From assembly GCF_009914755.1 (NCBI RefSeq), contig NC_060937.1: a stretch of DNA of 64,000 nucleotides; one strand, given 5' to 3'. Of the stretch, positions 14,580 through 37,429 are shown piece after piece. Within the stretch, counting starts at the first letter, position 1. Each line of letters begins with the position of its first letter. Source of the DNA: the human T2T-CHM13v2.0 reference genome, Homo sapiens. Position numbers and translations under genes: made by a program. The notes below the pieces were generated by a model. That model was not told the DNA's origin. It was given only the letters and a program-made list of their open reading frames with translations, and searched no databases.

Positions 14580-16860
14580 CAGAAAAACCCAACAACAAAA
14601 TTTCTATTTTTCTTTTCTTTTTGAGACAGAGTCTCACTCTGTCACCCCGGCTGGGGTGTAGTAGCACAATCTTGGCTCTCTGCAATCTCTGCCTCCTAAG
14701 TTCAAGTGATTCTCCTGCCTCAGTGCCCCATGTAGCTGGGATTACAGGCGCGTGCCATCACAGTCAGCTAATTTTTGTGTTTTTAGTAGAAATGGGGTTT
14801 CACCATGTTGGCCAGGCTGGTCTCAAACTCCTGACCTCAGGTGATCCACCCGCCTCAGCCTCCCAAAGTGCTGGGATTACAGGCATGAGCCAAAACGCCT
14901 GGCCTAAACTCAACAAAATTTCTAAAAAGTTAAAACAAAAATGCCACACATCAGAATCTATGACATTTATTTAAAACAGTGATTAAAGGAAAATTCATAG
15001 CCTTAAAAATTTATACAAATTTGTCTGAACCCATAGAATGCACAACAGCAAGAGTGAGTGAACAACAGTGTAAACTACGGATTTTGGGTGATTATGATGA
15101 GTCAATGAAAAATACAAAAGTAATGAGATAAAGAATAGAAAAATCATAGATCTAACTAATAAACTGAAACCCTGGTTCTCTGAAAAAAACAAAAAACAAA
15201 CAAAAAAACAACTAAGAAAAAGTCCTACCTAACTTAATTAGAAAAGAGCAGGGAGGGGGCACAAATACACAAAATCAGAAATGATAAAATAACCCTTAAA
15301 ATAATAAATTAGAACAAAAAACTACCCTGCACACTTTAATGCAAGTAAACATAGATGCAATGAATAATTTACTAGAACAATAGTTTATAAAAACTGACCT
15401 TCTTTAGAAAGAGTGCTTAAACAAGCCAACTTCCATATCAAAAATAAAGAAAATTATCATGAAACTAACTCCACAAAAAAGTACCAAATCCCCAAAGGAT
15501 TTAAGAGGGAAACTATCAAATCTTCAAAGGTCAGACAGACTCGATGCTATATAAATTGTTCCAGAGTACAGAAAATGAAGGAAGCATAACATTAACACCT
15601 CAACTTTAATAAAACAATAGAAGTATAAAACTTAATACATCATGATTATAGCACCATTAACTAATGGTATTAACATAATTAAATTTAATATTAATATTTG
15701 TAATTAATGTAAATTATTGCCTAATAAATTGAACAAAAGCTAAACTGCAAACCAATATCACTTACGTGAATGCTGATGTAAAAATCTGAAATAAAATATT
15801 ATTAACAGAATCACATACTACATTGAGAAACTAACATATAATGATCAAGTGAGATGATTCAAAGAATGCAAGGATGGTTCAATTTTTAAAAATATCATTA
15901 ATATAAGTTTTATTAATAGATTTAAGGAGAAAATAATAGAATTTTCTCTACAGACACTGAAAAATTCATTACATTTTTTCAGTGTCCTTGATAGAACACC
16001 CAAAAAAGGAATGTATAGATATTTCTCTAACATAAAACATCTATAGTTCAGACAAAATGTAGATACAATTAAAAAAAATTGATGAATTTGATTATATACA
16101 AAAAGTTCACATGGCAAAACATCATAGTCAAAGACAAAAGACAAACTAGGGAAGTATTTTAAGTATGGCAGAACTAATATCCTTAATATATAAAGAACTC
16201 TTAAAACCTAAGAAAAAGACCAAAAATCCTACAGAAAAACAGACATTAAATATGACTAGTCTGTTCGCAAAGATACAAATTAAAATGGCCCTTAAACAAA
16301 TGAAATAATGTTCAACGTCATTCATAAAAAGTAAAATGCAAATTAAAACTGAGATACTGTTTCTCACCTATCAGATGAGCAAAAATTTTAAATGTGACAA
16401 CACACTCTATTGGCAAGGATACTGAGAAAGTCACTTTCACTTTTGAATGCATACTGCATACACTACATAATAGATAAAGGAGTCGAAAAATGTCATTTAA
16501 AACTATCAAAACAGTAAAAAAGAAAAGATATAAGAATAAGGGCAACCACAATAAAGGCAACCACTAGAACAAGAATACAAACCTTCCCAGATACCAAGGC
16601 AAAATGGCACAACCCTTACAGCAGGGAATTTGGCAGTATGCAACGAAATTACAAATGCATTTACTCTTTGACCCAGCAATCCTGCTTCTAAGAATATACC
16701 CTGAAGATATACCTCCAATAATATGAAAACACACAATAGTCATTGGTATAATACTTTTACATTTGCAAAATTCAGGAAATGGCCTAAATGCCTATCCATA
16801 ATAGTGTGTTTAAATAAACTGTGTCCACAAAACAGAATCCTGTGCAAAACAACATGATGC
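12900..16860 (+). mobile_element. Old, deleted L1M element (ORF1-ORF2-3' remnants), interrupted by an Alu (14605-14904, minus) and (CA)n tracts
   Basis: A-rich strand with L1 motifs e.g. gtgaatgggcctaac, gaatgcaaggatggttcaat, gcaaattaaaactgagatac, gacccagcaatcc. Confidence 0.75.
14540..14576. repeat. (CA)n microsatellite, ~18 units
   Basis: Direct reading. Confidence 0.95.
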
Positions 16861-17062
16861 CTTAAGATGTTTCTCCATTACATGGTCACTACTATTAGCA
16901 GAAAACTATTTTTTTTTTCTAACTAATATAATAATGAAATTGTAGACTGAGCTCAACTAATGGTTTTCAGTGGGGTCTCCATGACAATATCTCAAAGGCT
17001 GGGAGAAGATAAGCTACAGCTGGGTGTTAGGCACCCTGAAACTGCAAATACTTGTAGTCTCT

Positions 17063-17639
<577 letters not shown>

Positions 17640-18166
17640 ATCATCATACTACTTTTAAAAACTCCTTTGTTGGTTCTTCTTCCCTTGCTGCCATTCCTGA
17701 AACGCCAGGAATTCCTAAGTTACATTTTTAGCCCTCCTTCCGAAATACAGCCTCCCCCAGGTGATCTCATTCAATGCCCAGGTTTTCATCAATCCCTTAA
17801 ATACTGACGAATCCAAAATCTGTATTGTCTTTTGCTTTTGGAAAATACCGCCACTGAGGAACAACAAGTTCCAAGTTCTACTCACTTTATTTCCTAACAC
17901 TCAAAGTTTTTTCTCCCTTAACGATTCCTATTATTGCAATTTAGTAATAGTCCATGCCTTCATCAACTTCCCTAAACCTATTATGATAGCAAAATACATC
18001 TACCTACAGTCAAACTTTCCCTACTTCAAACCTTCCATATTTGTGTTATTTGTCTGTTACAGATAATTTTATCTGTATAAAACAAATATCATTTCTCGAT
18101 TTAAAAAATCTACAATGACTCTGCAGTCATTACAAGATAAACTTAAAACTCTTTAATATAGAATCA

Positions 18167-18364
<198 letters not shown>

Positions 18365-18494
18365 TCAAAGACTCTGCAAATTAACTCCTTAGCGAACGTA
18401 TTAGGTTATTATCTACATGTATTCTCTTAAACCTCCATGTATTCTTGAGTTCTTAATATCTTCCCCCGTGTTCTTGAAATGACTTTCTCTCAAC

Positions 18495-20440
18495 CTGTGA
18501 AAATCCTATTCATCCTAGTTATATGACATGAGACAAATTACTTAAGTACCTCTGCTTCTTTTACAACGTTTGTAGATGATGGAGATAATGAGAGTACCAA
18601 TCTCACAAGACTTTTGTAAGAATTAAATGGGTTAACATAGCAAAAGTGCTTAAAACAGTGCCTGGCAGATTTTAAACTCAATAAATGGTAACTATGAACA
18701 CTATAATCTTTGACTCTGTCCCCACTTCTGTCTCCTTATAATGCTCGTCTCAAATGTTACTTTGTCAACGAAGCTTTCTGCTTCGCTAGCAAAATTATCT
18801 GTGCTTCCATAATAAAGCACTTTGGTCACTGCTCTATCTTACCTTTTTTCTTGTTGGCTTTCATACCATGTTTTATGTTTATGTGCTTATGGTATGATTT
18901 TTTTTTTCACTGTGAGCCTATGGATTATACTGAATATGTGATCATGGTATGAAAAAGCACAGGCCTTGGACCTGGCTTCAGTTCTCAGGTATGGCTCTCA
19001 TTCATTGCATGACCTTAGAAAGATTATTTAACTTTACCGAGTTTCAATCTCTGTATTTGTAAAATAGAAGAATAAAACTTATCTTACAAGGATACTGGTA
19101 AGATAAAAGGAGTCTACAGAGAGATCCAGCACAGCAATTTCTTGACATAAGTTCTTTCCTTTTAACTCTTTTTACATCTTTAATGTTAAGGTCTTAGAAG
19201 GCATGGTCTCTTTATGTCTTATCACTGAGTGTACAATTCATGGCACAATTCTGGCTTTAAGTGGAATAATTTGTGAGTGTTTGCTAAACTTGACTAATAT
19301 ACCTGTAACTACAGTACACTGCCACTTTAATACCCCAGCTTTCACATAAACACAACCAACAGATGGTGAAAGCTTTTATTTGCCTATAATTAATTCTATA
19401 ATGTTCTGGGGGAAAGTCCTGAGGCAAACAGCAGATATTTTGCTTATTCCCCTTTTAATCTTTGCTGTCAGAAAGCTTACAACTAAACTTACCTTTCAAC
19501 AGCAACAACTAAACTTCTGTATAAATTTTACTTTTTCCTTTACAGATATTATCTTATATGTCTTTTGTTAAGTCACTTTATATCCATTTTGGAAATAAGA
19601 CGGCATATAAACATGTTTTACTTCATTTTAATGACATTTTAGGCTGTGTCAAACACGAAGTGACTTTAGCTACCTTTAAAAGATTCCATCCTGAGAGCTT
19701 AAAATCTGCAAATGAGCTAGAGTAATGTGATACAATTTTTATATACAAATTATATTGCCTTGTGAGAAAGGTAAGCAAAGATGTATTTCTTTGTCCCAAT
19801 GATAAATTACACACAATTCACAATTCTGCCACACATATACACATATGTATGTACATGTTATGTGTATGTAGATAAAGATAAGATTACAAAAACACAAATA
19901 TACAACAAATCAGAAAGAGATGTTAGTTAGAATAAAAGAAACTGGATCAACACTAGTCACCGAAATTTATCCACTGTTTTACTCCATGGAAAAGTAACAA
20001 TTTACCTTACTGCATTTAGGAGAATTTTCAGATTGCCTAGATAGTATCAAACTTGCCAGAACGTTGACAGTAAATGCTTCACTAAATCTGAATATAATGA
20101 AAAAAAATCACCTAAAAATGCCTTGCATTTAAAACTATATATTCTTCTATACTATATCTAAAAAGACTGTAGCATAAAAAGGCAGCATGGTTTTGTGACA
20201 AGTACCCAAGACCTGTTATGAGAAGACTTTAATTTGAATATTGACTCTGACCCTTACTAGCTCTTCCACTTTAGATAAGTCATTTAATCTCTCTCTGAGA
20301 GTCCGTTTCTTCTTATTCTATAAAATGGGGGGAATAATATCTAGCCTATCTGTTGTAAGAACCAGTGAGATTTTTTTTAAAAAGTAAGGTGTTTCATGAG
20401 GTTTTACCGCTTTACAAATATTAAGGTTTAAAAACACTAC
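18495..20440. mobile_element. Several degraded MIR/L2 fragments
   Basis: MIR-core-like motifs near 18510-18690, 18945-19110 and 20180-20370. Confidence 0.5.
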
Positions 20441-20684
20441 TTAATAATGACAGAAATAAACTACATATGCAGTAATTTCTCAAAAGTGAGCATTTTTGCT
20501 GTCTGGCTGTTACTGCTTACAGATTTAAGCTATAAACCTAATTTAAGCTTAATCCTATTTCTGAAAACTGTAAATACGTTGTAGAAACTTGACAAGTTGA
20601 TAAAATGTATGCTGACACTTACATAAAAACCCTTTCTGTCCCATCAAGAGCAAAATCCCACATTTAAGCTGCTTCTTAACTTAC

Positions 20685-20729
20685 GTTTATATCTGTATGG
20701 TATATGAGGACACATAAAGCTGGCAAAAT
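20685..20729 (-). CDS. KPNA3: KPNA3 exon 10 (ILPALCVLIYHTDIN)
   Basis: 45 nt; CAG/GTAAGT. Confidence 0.96.
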
Positions 20730-21384
20730 CTGAGGAAAGAAAATAAACAATACTTAACATTAGTTAATTAATATGTCTGTAAAAATGAACAACTTTGACA
20801 TAAAAAGCGGTAAATATGGTTTGTAGGGCGAGAAAGACAATGTTAAATTTGTCTGAATATCTTTTAGGAAAATGAAAACCTGATAAATTCAATCTAAAAA
20901 AACCAAAAACATATCTCAAATGTTAAACTGAAATATGTTCAATTAACAAGTTAAAATATCCAAATAAATCTGGCAGAAGTTAATGTACCTTAAAATAAAA
21001 ACATTTGTTTTTAATAACCTTCTTTATGGCATAAAATGTCAAGTGGAAAAAATGGAGATGCAAATATACAGTTACAGCTATTTAAGAAAAGCTACACTTA
21101 AAACTGCCGTAATTGTCTCACTTACCTGCTTAACGTAAAAATACGATTTTACTTAATAAGCTACTTAAGTCAAATTAAAGTTTTCAACTTCACCTTTAGT
21201 CAAGAAAATTCGAACCAGTACAAAGTACAAAGCTTTGCTTGTTAAATTCAGGCCCCAGAGATCTCTTTTTAAAATATGGGAGAAAGGGAGCAGGGGGTTG
21301 TAGGAAATCACACAAAATACCTTTGCATAGCAACAAAAAGTAGCAGGTACTAGAGAAAGATGTCCATTATAAAGATACACAGTT

Positions 21385-22750
<1,366 letters not shown>

Positions 22751-22848
22751 ACTCACACCTGCAATGAAATCAGTATATGTATTATTTTGTCCCCTGTACA
22801 TGAATTCCTGAAGTACAAACATAGGGAAAATATACCATCTGGCCTTTA

Positions 22849-23136
<288 letters not shown>

Positions 23137-23347
23137 TCACCATTAGTCAAAGGCATCAAGTGTTGTTTCTCCAGATTTTGATCTGGGGAACGTAAATTTA
23201 ACCTACCAATGCTAACAGCAAACTGTATATCCTTTTCAAAGAGCATCATCTTAAGTCAGTACTTATGAGGCAAGAAGAGAGTCAACACACATTAAATTCA
23301 GAGGAAACATAGTATGTAATGGCTATGCCAATGTAGGAAAAAAGTTA

Positions 23348-23488
<141 letters not shown>

Positions 23489-24029
23489 CTAATATTTATA
23501 CTAGCAACATGTTGAAGAGTTTACAGATTTCAGATCAAAGAAATTGATCAAATACACAGCCTGGCATATTGTAGCTGGAAGAACAAATGTGGCAAATATC
23601 TTTACCCTAAAAAGAATCAATTTCAGTATTTTCCCCTAGTAATAGTCAAGTACCGTAACCAACTGGCAGTATCTAAAGGTTGCTATCATACCATTAACTA
23701 AAAGAAAGCAACAGCATGAAATCCTTCCTATAATCCATTAAAAAAAAAAAAAAAAAAAAAAAAGAGTTCCTACCCCAAACATGTAACCTTAAAATGTAAT
23801 GCTTTAGTCTACAAAATCTCAATTCCTGATACGGGGATTAACCAAAGAACTGATTAATCTCATATCAGGTCTATCTTATACTTTAAAATAATTTCTCATA
23901 ATCCTTACTCTTTACAGAATGTATACATTATACCCATTTCCAGCATAAGCTAGATCACTTTTTAAAAATTTCAATCAACTGTGCACTACCTCATTTTTTT
24001 TTTTGCTGTATCTGTGTATTACTTGTATT

Positions 24030-25797
<1,768 letters not shown>

Positions 25798-26325
25798 GTG
25801 GGTCTGGTGAGAATAGTATTCTCAATACATGATTCAATGTAACTTACTGCCATATCACATGCTACTTAAAATCACCTTGATTACCACACCTAAAATTAGC
25901 TAAGTGTCCCATACTATAATAACGTACGTGGTGATATCTAGTACTTTTCTAAAGAGCTTGTGTCAGTGTCATTTAACAATAATTATTAGCCCATCTTGAG
26001 GAAAGTAAAATTTAAAATATGTCATAAGCTAAAAGGCAGAAGCCATTCAGCATCTTGAAGATATCAGAAACGGAATTTAAAATCCTGTTATCACAGCATG
26101 ATGTCTACTCCAAAAGATAAAACTCTACTCTTCTTTTAATAACCACAATTAAAAATTTTTCATGATAAATTAATGACGGCTATGAAAAAGATATCGGTCA
26201 TCAAAAGTAACTTATAAAAGTCATCATTTAAAAAATGTTACAAGATAAAATTTCTTTATTACAAAACTCTACTTCCTTGCCATCATTAAAACACAAAAAG
26301 TTCAGACAGTAAGGAATTTACTTAC

Positions 26326-26411
26326 TAGACTGCACAACAGCTTGAGTCTGTGCAGAAGTTCCTGATGCTATGTTAGTTAATGCCCAAGCAGCTTCAAACT
26401 GTAATGAAGGA
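26326..26411 (-). CDS. KPNA3: KPNA3 exon 7 ([29 protein letters not shown])
   Basis: 86 nt; CAG/GTAAGT. Confidence 0.97.
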
Positions 26412-26554
26412 CTGTAAAAAAAAATAACACATCTTTTTAGACACATAACTACCACTTAAATTAATGAATCTTAAGACTGATAAGATATGGCTATTCTTTG
26501 CCTTGTCCTTGAATTTCACCTTGTTATAATCCAATTGCCTGCTAGCCAACCCTA

Positions 26555-26853
26555 CTTTTTTTTTTTTTTTGAGATGGAGTCTCCCTCCATCACCCAGGCG
26601 GGAGTGCAGTGGCGCCATCTTGACTCATTGCAATCTCTGCCTCTGGGGTTCAAGTGATTCTCGTCTCCACCTCCCAAGTAGCTGGGATTACAGGTGCACA
26701 TCACCACACCTGGCTCATTTTTGTACTTTTAGTAGAGATAGGGTTTCACTATGTTGGCCAGGCTGGTCCTGAACCCCTGACTTCAGGTGATCTGCCCACC
26801 TCGGCTTCCCAAAGTGCTGGGATTATAGGCATGAGCCACTGCACCCAGCAGCC
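26555..26853 (-). mobile_element. AluS
   Basis: Full dimer. Confidence 0.93.
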
Positions 26854-27579
26854 ATCTCTACTTAAAAAATCTCTTTGGCTCCCAAAGCCAGTCACTATGA
26901 ACTTGCTTCTTTATGTCCACTGGTATTACAACATTTAGCCAGTCATTATTTCCCTTGACTTCGACTTCCTCTCCACAGACACATCTAATCAATATATCAT
27001 GTCGATTTTACCTCTTAAACATTTCTTACATTTATATAATCACCCCTAATATCAAGTGCTAGTTGAGGCCCTCATCATCTCACTTTAACCACTATCACAC
27101 GCTCTAGGCTGGTCTTAAAGCTAGAACCCCATCTGTCTCCATTACACCATCTGCTTTACATACTAGGGATATTACAAGGCTGTATAATTTTGTTGAAAAA
27201 ACAAGATCATTATATTTTCGAATAGTAATGGAAGACCTCACAAAGAAAGTGACAACTGAACTAGCTTTTCAAAGATGGATTTAAAAAGAAAGGCAGTGAC
27301 AGTGGGAAATAAAACAGGTATCATGCATGGAAGGATCATGATGTGTAGGAACGACAAGGATTAGATCAAGAGAGCTGAAACTAACTAAGAAGCAAGTAAC
27401 AGGGTGTTTGTGCATGTGTGTGTGTGTTTCAGGATGGGAGTGAGGAGTGTATTCTACAGATATGCTAAGGATGGGGCATTGAAAAAGGGAGGAAAGAAAA
27501 TAATGTTCAAATCAATGGTATGCAGAATGGCTAAAAAAGGTTAAAGGCTGATATAGGAGAGACCTATTAAAAGACATGT

Positions 27580-30102
<2,523 letters not shown>

Positions 30103-30411
30103 TATATGATGAATTCTAGCAGAAGGCAGGAAATAAGATGGTATATCAGAGGCAGGGAAGAAGTAAAAAAAACAGTAAGATCAAAAACAGTAAGACAGTA
30201 TATGTTGCCTCAGACTGGAAGGAGAAAGTTATTAAGCTGGTTAGGTGGTTTGGCAAAATACTGGGAATGGGGGACTTAAATGAGAAAATGGATAAATGTA
30301 AAAAATAAAATTATAAAGCCAAAGAAAGTCTTTCAAGATGTCATGTGGAAAAATAAAAAAAAATGAGAAAAGATATAGAAAAAACGAGTGCAATAACAAA
30401 TGGACATTTAT

Positions 30412-30780
<369 letters not shown>

Positions 30781-31092
30781 TTACCATCACCTAATTTTTA
30801 TAGATGAGATAGCTGAGGTTCAAAAGCCACGTGGATTTTTATCAACAGCAAACCCTGGATTTGAACCACAGTCAATCTGGCTCCAAAGTATATGGCCTTT
30901 TACATTATAACACAACTTCCCATGACAAATCCATAAAGTCAGATCCAAATCACGGAAAATTTTCTGTTTTTGCTTTGGGTGGTGGTTACAGAGGTCTGAG
31001 TTTCATAATTATTCATTAAGCTGTATATATTTTAGCATATTTTTCTGTATTATATGTTATGTTTCATAGACACAGACACACAAATGAGTCTA

Positions 31093-31484
<392 letters not shown>

Positions 31485-31509
31485 CTAAAGGTAGAAGTAG
31501 AATAGAACT

Positions 31510-32344
<835 letters not shown>

Positions 32345-33283
32345 TAAGTAACACTGTTACAGAAAACAAACATGATAGTATTTTAAAAAGTGTTACAGGC
32401 CTGGGGGTGGAAAGTGGGAGAGGTTGTGGCACACAACGAAAGCAAATGGTATTTTTAAATACTAAAAACCCTTAGTGGCAACATTTATATACCACTATTC
32501 TTATCTAGCCAACTGAAAATTCCTTGGACAACATTTAGCAAAATATCCCAAGTTTCAGTCTAGATGCTCTTAAATGCAAAAAAAAAGCATTTGTTTTAAT
32601 ATGTTTTGGAGTTCAAACTTATATTCTCCCCAGTTAATCCAAATTAACAAAGTTTAAGGCACAGCACTGAGATATCACTAAACAAAAATGGAAATAGGGC
32701 CAGTTCCTCAAAAGATATCCAGTGGAGTTTTACTCCTTCTCTCCTGGGTAAATATAACCTGTCCCCTTATTCTTAATTTGCAGCAAACAAAAAGTCTGAC
32801 ATTGGACAACTTATCATGGATGAAGTTCTGTTAAAGACAACACAGAGGATCAGTAATCAGCTGGAAGATTCCCAGGGTAAGAAAGAGCCACTTAGTTCTG
32901 GAAACCATCCATGTTGACTTAGTCATGAGGTTAATCTATATATAGGCTCATAAGCAAAGAGTGACTCAAACATTATTTGGGTTGTTTTAAAATATTACTA
33001 ATAAAAAATCCTAATAAAGACTATAAATATTTGAGATAAGTTAAAACAGGCAATAAACAGGAGATAAAAATTTCCTAGAAAACATACACATCCTTCAGAA
33101 ATGAAAACGAGAAGCACTCTGGGTCTGCTAAATATGATCACAGAATAAGAAAATTAAATTAAAATATATGACGATTGAAAAACATCATAAGTACAAAACC
33201 AAACTGAACTCACTGGTTAAGTAATAATCCAAACTTTTAAGTTAACTGAAAAAAACTGAATAGGGAGTAAAATCCATACTTAC

Positions 33284-33379
33284 TTATCATCCCTTTCTAG
33301 ACATTTGACTAGAATTGGTAAAATCCCAGATTTTATTAAGTCATCAATCGGTGGATTTCTGTCACTGGATAACAGTTTT
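33284..33379 (-). CDS. KPNA3: KPNA3 exon 6 ([32 protein letters not shown])
   Basis: 96 nt; TAG/GTAAGT. Confidence 0.97.
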
Positions 33380-33517
33380 CTAGGAAAATAAATATGAGAA
33401 ATTAATTGCTATAATTTTCAAACTGTGAAAAGAAATAACAACATATTAACTTCTAGACTACCAGGTAACACAACTGAGGAATGACATAATTCTCTCTCTA
33501 GACAAATTAGTATTTAC

Positions 33518-33570
33518 CTTGCTGCCTGGACAGCACTCAATTGGACCACTGGGTTATCACTTGTGGCATT
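33518..33570 (-). CDS. KPNA3: KPNA3 exon 5 (NATSDNPVVQLSAVQAAR)
   Basis: 53 nt; CAG/GTAAAT. Confidence 0.96.
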
Positions 33571-33659
33571 CTGCAATACCAAATGTAAATTTCAGAAATG
33601 AAAAAAAAAAAATCAATTTCAAAATACTTCAAAACGAGAGTATTAATTTAGTAACATAC

Positions 33660-33689
33660 CTGCAATATAGCTTCTAGGGTTACATTTTG
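33660..33689 (-). CDS. KPNA3: KPNA3 exon 4 (QNVTLEAILQ)
   Basis: 30 nt; AAG acceptor after a long U tract; GTATGT donor. Confidence 0.95.
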
Positions 33690-33836
33690 CTTAAAAAGAA
33701 AAAAAAAATAGTTCAGCAGAGTTTATTAACAAAATTACATTCATTAAACAGTGTACCTGAGTTAATATACTTTCATTATCATTATAAAGTTGGTCTTATA
33801 TTAAAAATGAAGTTCTCACAGTTACTATAAAAATTA

Positions 33837-33989
<153 letters not shown>

Positions 33990-34194
33990 TCATAAGGACT
34001 ACTGTTAATGAAAAATCCATTAAAACTACTTCAACTTTATTAGGCAATTATGAAACAAATACTGAACACATAAGGATAATATGAATTAAATGTGCATACT
34101 GCAAACCAATGACAAGGGTCACATTCTGGCTTCGGTAACAAAATTTCCTGGCTGGCTTTTACACACACACACTTCATTAAGCACCCACTGTGGT

Positions 34195-34501
34195 GTTTTT
34201 TTTTTTTTTTTTTTTTGGAGACAAGAGTCTTGCTCTGTCACCCAGTCTGGAGTGCAGTGGCACAATCTCAGCTCACTTCCAACCTCTGCTTCCTGGGTTC
34301 AGGTGATTCTCGTGCCTCAAACTCCTGAGTAGCTGGGATTACAGTCGTGCGCCACCACACCTGGCTAATTTTTATATTTTTAGTAGAGATGTGTTTTTGC
34401 CGTGTTGGCCAGGCTGATCTCAAACTCCTGGCCTCAAGTGATCCGCTTGCCGCGGCCTCCCAAAGTGCTGGGATTACAAGCGTGAGCCACTGTGCCTTGC
34501 C
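34195..34501 (-). mobile_element. AluS
   Basis: Full dimer. Confidence 0.93.
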
Positions 34502-34530
34502 TATTTGCGTAAGTTTGCTCATACTTAAAT

Positions 34531-34976
34531 TGTAGATTGTTTGCAAAAATGGCAGTAATTCCCCTTCCCATATCCAGTCCCGCACTGACTGTAGGCATGG
34601 CTGTGTGACTTGCTTTGGCAATGGGACATTAAGCAAACAGACTTGAAAAGTGCTTACACATCAGGGACAGGTTCTCTTTTGCAACTTTTTTCCTGAAATC
34701 ACCTTGTGAACACTGAGCCATGGAGAATAAGACTGTGTGGACAACAAACAAGTCCCAGCCAAGTTACCTGAGACCATGTTAGATCATCTAGTCACCAACC
34801 AACCCTGTCAGCTGACCAGAGACAGTAAGGGAAGCCTGCAGAAAACAGTTGAACTGGCCTGTGCCAGAAAACCCACTCTGCCAACCCACAAAATTGTTAG
34901 CTCAATAAAATGGCTATTGTTTTAAGCTACATAGTTTGGAGTGGTGTATTATGAAGCAAAAAACTAGATGATGCAC
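34531..34976 (+). mobile_element. MLT1-family MaLR solo LTR
   Basis: tgtagattgtttgcaaaaatggc start; tgtgacttgctttggcaatggga core; ttgttttaagctac...tttggagtgg end. Confidence 0.7.
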
Positions 34977-35331
34977 TCATGTTTTTAAATTTATGCTGTA
35001 TTTAAATTAATAAGACTTCTAAAATTCCTGGTATTTTGTTGTTGTTCCTTCTCTCTACTTGCTATAAATTTGTCTCCTGAATTACCACTTTAACTGTATT
35101 CTACAGGTTCTGACATATAATAGTTTTCCTACTGTTCATTTTTAGGTATTCCTAGAATCCATTAAGATTTCTTTTATACTCAATATATTCAATATATTCA
35201 GACATACTTTAAAACGTTCACAACTATGAGGTTTTTGTAACTGTCTTATTCAGTGATTTCTAATTTAATTACATTGAAGTCAGAGAACATGTATGTACAA
35301 TACACTGAAATTAGCTGACATCTGCTTTATA

Positions 35332-35625
35332 CCAGAAGTTCCCAAACTTTCTCAGTCCACAGTGTACGCCAAAGTAGTCATTTGGGAAAAAGAAAAGAAA
35401 AACAAATAAACTAAAAGAAAAAATTATTTCACTCTTAGATAAAATAATTGTAGAAAGGAATGTAGTGTTATTTAAGTGTTTAAACTGTGGACTACCTCGA
35501 GATCTAATAGTTCTGTGGTGTCTGAAAGATGTCACTGTATTTCTCTCAAAACTGAAATATCCCAAAGACCCTTTCAGGTCACTGTGGAGCCCCATGTTAC
35601 CTCAGCGCAGAGTTTGGAAACTATA
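35332..35625. mobile_element. hAT-Charlie MITE remnant
   Basis: Imperfect TIRs gttcccaaact ... agtttggaaac. Confidence 0.55.
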
Positions 35626-35812
35626 TCTTATTCTATCATAAAACCAGTTTCCAAACACATATGTGGTTTTACATGTGTCTATTAGTTAAAATTTGTGAAT
35701 TAAATTATTCAAATTTTCTATCTCTTCTTGTGTTTATTCATTACTAAGAAAATCTCCCACAATGATTATATCTTTGATGAATTTCCCCTTCTAATTTTGC
35801 AAATTTTGACTT

Positions 35813-35859
35813 TATATATATATATACACACACACATATATATATATAGAGAGAGAGAG

Positions 35860-35902
<43 letters not shown>
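35813..35902. repeat. Compound (TA)n(CA)n(TA)n(GA)n microsatellite
   Basis: Direct reading. Confidence 0.95.
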
Positions 35903-35905
<3 letters not shown>

Positions 35906-36000
35906 TCTATTAGGCATATACTAGTTTAGAGCTATTATAGCTTCTTTGTAAATTATTTCTTTTATCAAACATTGGGTAACAACCCCTGCATTTAAATTGA

Positions 36001-36348
<348 letters not shown>

Positions 36349-36713
36349 CATACTTTACTCTTAACAAAAATATGTACAAGCCAAGGAAAAATAATCACTG
36401 GGCAGGTTTCTAATGGTCAGATTAATCATTAAAACCAGTAACTTAAACTGTCCCTTCAGTTGATACCTAGAGATTTTTACCCTCCTGAAAACTGCACTAC
36501 AATAAATTCAGCATCCGTAAAGGGTATACTTTTCTTTTGTCAGGTGAGAAAGCAGCTCAGGGGTTATGGGAACTTACCTAATTTCAACACCCAACCAATC
36601 CTTAAACACACATATGGATTAAATGGATTTCTTAAATTCCTTTAAAAATCCATTATTAATCTATTATCCACGTATGCATGTATCTACCTAGCCCTTTTGG
36701 ATCTTCTGTTTTT

Positions 36714-36792
36714 TACTAGGTTGAACCACATGAACTGCTTTGTAGGTCAAAGCAGTTAACTATGGGCGATTTCTTATAACCCAACTTAATAT
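36714..36792. mobile_element. MADE2-like mariner MITE
   Basis: taggttgaaccacatgaa ... ttcttataacccaacttaata, imperfect palindrome of ~80 bp. Confidence 0.6.
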
Positions 36793-37429
36793 ATTGTTTG
36801 AGTTAGTAAGTTCTGTATGTTATTAAACTCTATATAAAGTACTTCCTTTTCATTCCCAAATTCCTCTTTCCACCTTGAAAAACTGGCTTGCAATTCTATA
36901 CCTAAACTTGTGGAGCAAGTTTGATGCCAATTCTTTTAAATCTTATGAAAAGGATAATTACATTATTTATCAGCCCCCTTTCAAGCTTGAAATAAGTAAT
37001 TAAATCTGTTTTTATCCAATAATACCCTCACTTTAAATCTTCATCTAGTTTAGGTTTTAGTTCCTTGGGTTTTGTTTTGTTTTTTAAGAAATAGTCCAAC
37101 CCTGGTTGCATCTAAATGCTTTTAATGAGGTAGGAAAATATACTCAATGAAAATTCCCCTCAATATTAACATTTATGAAATGATATTACTGCTGGGTGAC
37201 TACATGGATATTCACCCACAAGTTTTATAAGTTATATTTATGTTTTGGGCACTCTGTTCAGTGTGTTATGCTTTGATTAAAACAAATTTTTTAAAATAAC
37301 ACTACTGGTTCATGAATCATGTTAAGAACTGACAATCTAATGCATGTTTCTTTTTTCCCTGCAGGATCATTTAATTCATCTTATCAAATAGCTGCTTTTT
37401 TCGATACTAACTTAGACTTTTTTTGGTAA

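Noticed and set aside
23740-23763. Isolated A24 tract as a tail-only retro-insertion
   Set aside because: No convincing TSD; treated as a simple homopolymer
34090-34195. Possible Y RNA or other small-RNA pseudogene (ggctggctttt)
   Set aside because: No extended match to the Y RNA sequences I know
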